64,000 nucleotides of DNA. Origin: Octopus vulgaris (lineage: Eukaryota). The translations under genes and the position numbers were made by a program. How positions within the stretch are numbered: position 1 is the stretch's first letter; each line of letters begins with the position of its first letter. Below are positions 56,661 to 64,000 of the stretch, piece after piece. The notes under the pieces were generated by a model that saw only the letters and a program-made list of their open reading frames with translations, did no database searches and was not told the origin of the DNA. Location of the stretch: NCBI GenBank assembly GCA_951406725.2, contig OX597820.1, forward strand, positions 73,036,001-73,100,000. Reading direction: 5' to 3'.

Positions 56661-57235
56661 ATATATATATATATATATAATTTTACCTATGCTTAATGAG
56701 TCCTCATTACTCCAAGAATTTCCTTTTTACCCCACTTGGGGTAATTACGTCGGTTCGCCGACCACTGCTCTAATGGCTGATAAAAATTGGAAATGTGTAT
56801 CATATATGATGCCTGGATCATATGTGATACACAGGATAGGCAAGGGGTTAAAAATAAGTATTAGCGTCAGTTTGTTCAACTAAAAATGATTCAAGACGAT
56901 GAGTCAACATGGCTGCAGTTCAATGACTGAAAGAAGCAAACGATGGAAAATAGGCGACAACAACAATAAGGAGAGAAGTTAAAAATGAGGGATTAACACA
57001 AGTAAGAAAGCAAGCAGTTGGGAAAAATAAGTCGAAGCAAAGGGCGTGAAGAGAAATTTGGGAGCAAAGACAAGCAAATATGTATGAAATAAAACTTAAG
57101 GGAAAACAGTAACACGAGACAGAGAGACCCAGTTAGGGATGTGGTGTAGAGATAGCGCGCAATGGTAGCGGCGGAAAAGAAGCGGGGTGGAAAGGATAAC
57201 AAGAACGAAAATAGGTAACACAGAATGGAGAAAAA

Positions 57236-57289
<54 letters not shown>

Positions 57290-57337
57290 CTGTATATATA
57301 CACACGCACACACACATATATGTACATATACATATAC

Positions 57338-57386
<49 letters not shown>

Positions 57387-57428
57387 CATACATACATACA
57401 TACATACATACATACATAAATACATACA

Positions 57429-57510
<82 letters not shown>

Positions 57511-57839
57511 GTGTGTGTACATACGAAGAGAAAGAGAGTGGGGTGGAGGAGTGAGAAATGTCAGAGAGAGAGACTGACGCCCTGACAAAGTTGAAAAATG
57601 AGACACAGGCATTTTGTTTATTCTTGGCGGGTAGAAAATAAAGCCAAGTCAGTCGTAGCTTGTAAAAACAGGTGGGAGACTGGTTCTCTAAATATTAGCT
57701 TATTCTTGTATTTCGCTGTCGTTAGCACTGATAAGAGCAGCAGTTGGTGAGAGTCCTTTACAGAATCGTGCGTGTGTGTGTGTGAGTGTGTATAAAGAAA
57801 TATCCGATGTTTAAGATGATGACGATTAAGTAGAGCAGT

Positions 57840-58052
57840 GACGACAATGATGAAGATGATAATGATGATAATGATGTTGATTGCGATGAACTGATTTTAA
57901 AGACGTGTGTGATGATGATGATGCGAAATAGAAGACGACGACGACGATGATGATGATGATGGTGGTGGTGGTGATGGTGGTGATGATGGTGGTGGTGGTG
58001 GTGGTGGTGGTGGTGGTGATGGTGGTGATGGTGGTGATGGTGATGGTGATGG

Positions 58053-58112
<60 letters not shown>

Positions 58113-58125
58113 GGAGGAGGAGGAT
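57840..58125. repeat. (GAT)n/(GGT)n trinucleotide tract
   Basis: Directly visible; gives a spurious poly-His ORF. Confidence 0.95.
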
Positions 58126-58477
58126 GGTCTTGGCGTTCGTTCTTCCGGATCGACAAAAGAACTTGCCAGTCAGTTCCAGAAGTCAATGTAATAGCCTTTA
58201 ATATCTTCAACGTGGAAAAATCGAAATTCAAGTGGCAAGATGGCAGAATCGTTTGAGAGTCGGTCAAAATGTTTTGCGTATCTAATAACGGCTTTTTACG
58301 TTTTGAGTTCAAATCTCGTTGAGATCAAAGTCTCCTTTTTTCAGCCTTTGGAAGGTCGATAAAATATAAGTACCAGTTAAATTCTAATTAATTGACCAAT
58401 TGTGGCACTCCGTCAGTCACCACGATGTGGGTTCCAGTTGATCCGATCAACAGAACAACCTACTTATAAAATTGACC

Positions 58478-58863
58478 CTTTCTACTATAAGCACAAGGTC
58501 CGAAATTTGAAGGGATAGGGCCAGTCGATTAGATCGACCCCAGTACACAGCTAGTACTTAATTTGTCGACCCCGAAAGGATGAAAGGCAACGTCAACCTC
58601 AGTGGAATTTGAACTCAGAACGTAGACAGACGAAATACCTATTTCTTTACTACACACAAGGGGCTAAACACAGAGAGGACAAACAATGACAGACAAACGG
58701 ATTAAGTCGATTACATCGACCCCAGTGCGTAACTGGTACTTAATTTATCGACCCCGTAAGGATTAAAGGCAAAGTCGGAATTTGAACTCAGAACGTAACG
58801 GCAGACGAAATACGGCTACGCATTTCGCCCGGCGTGCTAACGTTTCTGCCAGCTCACCGCCTT
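58478..58863 (-). mobile_element. SINE family A dimer
   Basis: Head-core-tailX-core-tailY on the minus strand. Confidence 0.9.
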
Positions 58864-58887
58864 ATGCTCGTGAGATTATCGTGCAAG

Positions 58888-59471
58888 CAGGACCGTTGCT
58901 AAGCTCCTGAAACTCCTGCAGGGGGCCTAAGCAGTTGAGGGGGCCCATGTTAAAATCAAAGTATGTAGAGAAGTCATCTATTTGCTTTGGTTAAGATGTT
59001 GAACAAGAATTAAACTATGCATGTTAACTGAAAATTTCAAGAAATAAAATGGTAACACATTGTATCTCCAAAAGTTCTTGTAAAAATATTACATTGTACC
59101 ACGAACGCATACCAGACTTTGTGGATTATCTATGATATCTATTGAATACGAACTTAGGTCTCAGCTTGATTATTCTGAACTGATCGATGATTTCAGGTAG
59201 CGAAAGTGCGCCATGTTTGTCCTTGAAATTTGCCTGGATTATTCATATCTGGAAGTTTTACTTATTGAAATTTGTAATAGACCTAAATGAACTTAACTTG
59301 TTGTACTTTTAAAGATGTTCTTCAGGATAACGTGAAATATTGAACTTCAGATAGAATTAAGTAAAATATAGCTATGAATAATAGGTGCATAGATTATGAA
59401 TTTTGATTGAAGGAATGGGTTCTCGAAACAAAAAGTTGCAAGGGGCTCTGAATGTCACACAACGCAATCTG
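58888..59471 (+). mobile_element. Non-autonomous hAT DNA transposon with a transposase C-terminal remnant
   Basis: CAG...CTG ends and a perfect 8-bp TSD cgtgcaag (58880-58887, 59472-59479). 59114-59206 translates to RLCGLSMISIEYELRSQLDYSELIDDFR*RK (hAT dimerisation-domain end). Confidence 0.85.
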
Positions 59472-59800
59472 CGTGCAAGTGGCTGAGTACTTCACAGACC
59501 TGCGTACCTTTAACGAAGTTTTCGGGGAGATTCAGTGTGACACAGAGTATGACAAAGCCGACCCTTTGAATTACAGGTACAAGTCATTTTTGCCAGCTGA
59601 CTGGACTACGGCAACGTGAAATGAGCTCATGTTTCTACAATAATATGTCATGTTAGAACACAGAATATACTGCGTTATTAGCCTCGAGGGTGCCTCTTTT
59701 AAAGGCGCTTGGTACATAAAAGCACACACATAGAGAGTAGCAGAGGAGAGTCGTCTGTCATGAGCACCAGAATTCCCATAAAACGAAATCACGTGATATA

Positions 59801-60082
59801 CGGGGTCTGATTAATAAGTATCCGGACTGTTGCTGTAGTAACGAAGCTAAGGAACACTGAGTGAAGTCACTTGGCAAAGATTGACCTTGAATTCTGCAAC
59901 GATCACACGCTACACAACTTCCTTCTAGGCACTGCTGTAAATAGCGGAAGTGTGCTAAAATTTTAAAACTTTGTGCGCCTGCTCAGCAGCGGTCAATGTC
60001 AATCTGTGTCAAGCAGCTTTACTCTGCGTATTTTAGTTTTGTTACCATAGCAATAGTCCGGATACTTATTGATGAGAATAGT
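59801..60082. mobile_element. Tc1/mariner-type MITE
   Basis: TA-cggggtctgattaataagtatccggactgttgct...agcaatagtccggatacttattgatgag; long (~95-bp) imperfect inverted arms. Confidence 0.75.
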
Positions 60083-60244
60083 TATATGCTTTTATGTATC
60101 AAGCACCTATATGAGATCACTCACGTCTAAAAACTCTGTTTTCGGACTCCTAACAAGACATCCACGTTAAGCTAGATATAAAGATTGCTTTTGGTATAAA
60201 AAATGCTTCCGTCCCGAATAATTATTAACATTAAACTTTCAGTT

Positions 60245-60570
60245 TCCTTATTTCTTTACTGCCCACAAGGGGCTACACACAGAAGGGACAAACAAGGACA
60301 GAAAAACGGATTAAGTCGACCCCAGTGCATAACTGGTACTTATTTAATCGACCCCGAAAGGATGAAAGGCAAAGTCGACCTCGGCGGAATTTGAACTCAG
60401 AACGTAGAGGCAGACGAAATACCTATTTCTTTACTACCCACAAAGGGCTAAACACAGAGAGGACAAACAAGGACAGACAAACGACTTAAGTCGATTATAT
60501 CGACCCCAGTGCGAAAGGATGGAAGGCAAAGTCGACCTCGGCGGAATTTGAACTCAGAACGTAGCGGTAG
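60245..60570 (-). mobile_element. SINE family A multimer, 5'-truncated
   Basis: Two core-tailX units with small deletions. Further decayed copies at ~60855-61050 and ~61910-62010. Confidence 0.88.
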
Positions 60571-60571
60571 G

Positions 60572-60708
60572 CGTAGTTAAGAAGAGGGGGCGTTCTGCCC
60601 CGGGTGGCACTTTTGGGTCTGGTGTACGCAATATGTGTTTTTTGCGAGGTCCGGGGGCGGCAAACGGAAGGGCCGCCCCGAGCAGCACACACTCTAGCTA
60701 CGCTAGTG
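60572..60708. mobile_element. Small GC-rich hAT-like MITE, left end clipped
   Basis: gcgtagtta...ctagctacgctagtg followed by catagcag; sister copy at 62784-62926. Confidence 0.65.
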
Positions 60709-61420
60709 CATAGCAGTAGCAACAGCAACAGCAGTAGTAATCTTAGCAGCAGCAACAGCAGCAGCCACATATCAGTCTCTTAGTTTGTTTTCAATCAGAG
60801 ACTAATTAATTTTCTCGTTCAGTTTGTTAATTAGATAATTTAAAATATTATGGGTACACGGCCTGGCATTTAGGTGCAAGGTCTTAGTCGATTATATCAA
60901 CTCTAGTGTTAAATTGGTGGTTGTTTCTTCGATTTCGAAAGAAAAAGAACAAAGTCGACTACGGCAGAATTTTAACCCTGAGCGTAAAGACGGACGAAAT
61001 GCTGCTAAGCATTTTGTTCGGCATTCTAACGCTTTTCCCAGCTTGCCGCCGTAATTGGGCCAATAATAATCACACACACTGGTTCTAATTTACGTCTTTA
61101 TTATTCTATTTGTCAATTGGTTAACCATTTAACTAATTAACTAACTCATTGTTCAATCAATCGGTCAATCGATAAGCCTCCAGAGACACACACACAAACA
61201 CACACACACGCAGAAACAAACATACACACACAGAGTTACATACATGCACACGCACACGCACACATCCATCAGCGTGCTCACATGCACAAAAGCGCACTCA
61301 AACACACTCAGACACTTTTTCTTTCTCTCTCTCTCTCCATCTCTTTCTCACATACGGTCTCACCTCAAAATTATACAAATACAAATATAGAACTTGTAAA
61401 CTAAGAGACAGCCAGGCAGG

Positions 61421-61558
61421 CCCGAAGCAAAGCTGGAACAGAGCTGGAGCAGAGCTAGAGCAACGCTGGAGTAGAGCTGGAGCAAAACTGGAGGAGAGCT
61501 GCAGTAGGTATGGAGCAAAGTTGGAGCAGACCTGGAACAGAGCTGAAGCAGAGCTGAC
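61421..61558 (+). repeat. 11-bp minisatellite, (AGAGCTGGAGC) x ~12
   Basis: Degenerate tandem units directly visible. Confidence 0.85.
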
Positions 61559-62217
61559 ATGTCATTGTTCATGTTGCGAATGGTAACGAAAGGATTTTGA
61601 CAAATCTGATTGATTTATTTAGCGATCGGTTAATCAAACAATCGATTAGTTAATGGGCTAAATAATTAGGGAATTGACAAATAAAGAAGTGCAATAGAAC
61701 CAGTGCGTGATTACCCTCCCGCGATACACTAAGTCAATCCTCCTGCTTGTTTGCCTGCATTATAAGTTGGATTATCAACACGTATCAACACATCGCCTCT
61801 GTGTTTTAATTACTCAGTTTGCAAATTTTTTTGTATCGAATCTACAAGCATGTCTTCTTTGGGGTCAGACGATCTACCAGAAATAACAGACACTACTATT
61901 TAATACTAATATTTTCTACTATAGACAAAAAGGTATGAAATTTATGGGGAGGGGCTGGCAGATTATATCGACCCCAGTGCATAACTGGTAGCTATTTCAT
62001 CGAGCCCCATGTGATGAAGAGTGCACATCATCTCATGTAGTCATGGGTATAATGAGTCTGAGTAAACAATGGTTTGGATGCAACTTGAAATTTGGATGCA
62101 ACTTCGACTAGAAATTAGTCCAGTCGGAACTGATCTGCGATCAAACAATAAACATCAACGAACAACACCAACAACAGCAACAATAACAACAACAGCAACA
62201 ATAGCAACAGCAGCAGG

Positions 62218-62402
62218 TTCAAAGGCCTAGTGGTTAGGGCAGCGGACTCGCGGTCGTAAGAACGCGGTTTCGATTCCCAGACCGGGCATTGTGAGTGTTT
62301 ATTGCGCAAACACACTTAAGCTCCACGAGGCTCGGGCGGCGGAGGGGAGTGGAACCCCACTGTACTCTTTCACCACAACTTTCTCTCACTCTTTCTTCCT
62401 AC
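62218..62402 (+). mobile_element. SINE family C (tRNA-derived), 3'-truncated
   Basis: ggcctagtggttagggcagcggactcgcggtc...gtttcgattcccagaccggg head followed by the family body. Confidence 0.85.
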
Positions 62403-62783
62403 TTCCGCCACAAAGCAGAGGAACCATGGTGTAACCCACTATGGTGTGGTAAAACTTTCAGACCCTAGTCTAGATTACGAATCCCCTTTACCCCATGATA
62501 GTTCAGCTCTCCACCCGTTAAAAGCCACCGTTTACAGAATGAGGATAACAACGTAGCTTTCGCGCCCGGGCAACCGCCAGTCTATCGCGTGTGGTGGGTG
62601 GATCTTCAAGTTTCCACACGCATTCTTAGTAACTTAGAGTAGGCTCGAATTAGAAATTATTCTTTATGGCTAATGGCGTGAGTCCTGATTAGAAGAAGAA
62701 GAAGAAGAAGAAGAAGAAGAAGAAGAAGAAGAAGAAGAAGAAGAAGAAGAAGAAGAAGACAGCAGCAGCAGTAGCCATAGCAA

Positions 62784-62926
62784 CGCTAGCGTAGTTAAAA
62801 GAAGGGGGCGTTCCGCCCCGGGCGGCACTTTTGGGTCTGCTGTAGGCAATATGTGATTTTTGTGGGGCCTGGGGGCGGCAAATAGAAGGGCCGCCCCGAG
62901 CAGCACACACTCTAGCTATGCTAGTG
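62784..62926. mobile_element. Small GC-rich hAT-like MITE
   Basis: TIRs cgctagcgtagtta / tagctatgctagtg and an imperfect 8-bp TSD catagcaa / cttagcag. Confidence 0.7.
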
Positions 62927-63545
62927 CTTAGCAGTAGCAACACCAGCAGCAGTAGTAGTCTTACTAACACCAGCAGCCACATCTCAATCTTTTAGTTTGT
63001 TTTTCAATCAGAGACTAATTAATTTTCTCGCTCAGTTTGTTAATTAGATAATTTAAACTAAAGGTAGTGAAGCCAATGACAACAGTAAGAATACTAGAAC
63101 AATTATAAACTCCTTACAATATTTAGTTGGACTTCTAATTTCTCACAAAATTTCCAAAAAATTTCACCATCGTCGATTTTTTCAGCAGATTCAATTGACT
63201 TCGCCTTAATTGATTCCTAAATTGACTTCATCTTAGTTGAGAGAAATCAATTTCAATACATCAACAAAAAACACTTGTAACTAAAAGATCAAAATAATTT
63301 CAACCAACTCAATTTGTATTGTATATTATCTCTATTTATTTTTGTTTTCTGTCAGACAGACGACAGCATTCATGACAATTTTCAGTGAACGGAAATAAAG
63401 TTACAGAGGGGAAAAAAAAAAAAAAAGAAGAAAATTATTGAAGAAGTCACAATGAGAAAAGTCGCAAGTTCGGCTTAGGAAGAAAGCCAAAATCACAGGA
63501 AAACATATCACATATCATTTAAATACCGTAAATAATCGCTAAAAT

Positions 63546-63828
63546 TGTTGTTTGTTCCTTCTCGAGCCACGTGTGGCTCATATGGCCGGTTTCCTTGGCG
63601 TATTGGTTTCCCACCTGGACGTCGCAGGTGAGCTGCAAGATGCAGGAGGAAAGAGTGAAAGAAAGTTGTGACGAAAGAGTCAGCAGAAGTTTGCCATTAC
63701 CTTCTGCCGGAGCCGCGTGGAGCTTAGGTGTTTCGGTCATAAACATATACATCGCCCGGTCTGAGATTCGAACCCGCGATCCCTTGACCGTGAGTCCGCT
63801 GCTCTAACCACTAGGCCATGTGCCTCCA
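63546..63828 (-). mobile_element. SINE family C, near full length
   Basis: Minus-strand head GGAGGCACATGGCCTAGTGGTTAGAGCAGCGGACTCACGG...GGGTTCGAATCTC, body and tail GGCTCGAGAAGGAACAAACAACAA. Confidence 0.88.
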
Positions 63829-63890
63829 CAATAGCTAAAATAATTGGACAATATTTTGAGCTTATTAACTGATCATACACGGTGTGTAGC

Positions 63891-64000
63891 GGAGGCGCAA
63901 TGACCCAGTGGTTAGGGCAGCGGTACTCGCTGTCATGGGATCGCGGTTTCGATTCCCAAACCGGGAGTTGTAAGTGTTTATCGAGCAAAATCACCTAAAG
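63891..64000 (+). mobile_element. SINE family C, running off the window edge
   Basis: ggaggcgcaatgacccagtggttagggcagcgg...gtttcgattcccaaaccggg. Confidence 0.85.

Larger units (their letters stand above)
58401..59635 (-). mobile_element. Older SINE-like element (family D) split by two nested insertions
   Basis: Pieces ~58401-58477, ~58864-58887 and ~59480-59635 read continuously once the insertions are removed. Confidence 0.6.

Noticed and set aside
57758-58312. 184-aa poly-His ORF (and the Pro/Gly/Met-rich ORFs at 53172-53799)
   Set aside because: Trinucleotide tracts joined to SINE sequence; no homeodomain or other domain nearby.
62218-64000. tRNA genes at the SINE C heads
   Set aside because: A and B boxes are present but there is no acceptor stem, and each continues into a shared SINE body.

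Overview
AT-rich, repeat-saturated, non-coding animal DNA (large intron or gene desert). The SINE families and extreme (TA)n/(CA)n/(CATA)n/(AAT)n density resemble an octopus (cephalopod) genome; this is recognition and inference, not a database result. I find no host protein-coding exon, rRNA, genuine tRNA or CRISPR array. Nearly all supplied ORFs are microsatellite or SINE artefacts. The real coding remnants are all transposon relics: R4/Dong-like RT+RLE, Tx1/L1-like ORF2 ends, a Penelope-like (PLE) RT, a PLE GIY-YIG C-terminus and a hAT C-terminus. The most notable signal is about 15 minimal hammerhead-ribozyme (HHR) motifs (stem I-CUGANGA-stem II-GAAAC-palindrome-NUH-stem I), some intact and some decayed. 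They lie in short non-autonomous PLE-type elements, mostly beside (TA)n tracts and often forming asymmetric palindromes. Highlights are a tRNA-headed, HHR-tailed palindromic element with a 13-bp TSD (candidate PLE-mobilised SINE), an HHR with a U3-A8 compensatory core and a family variable at core position 6. Also present: an (AAT)n landing pad with tail-to-tail R4/Dong and Tx1 ends, multimeric SINEs, a templated insertion, nested transposons and a candidate Hox-Pbx-Meis enhancer. Coordinates were counted by eye; those of decayed elements are approximate.
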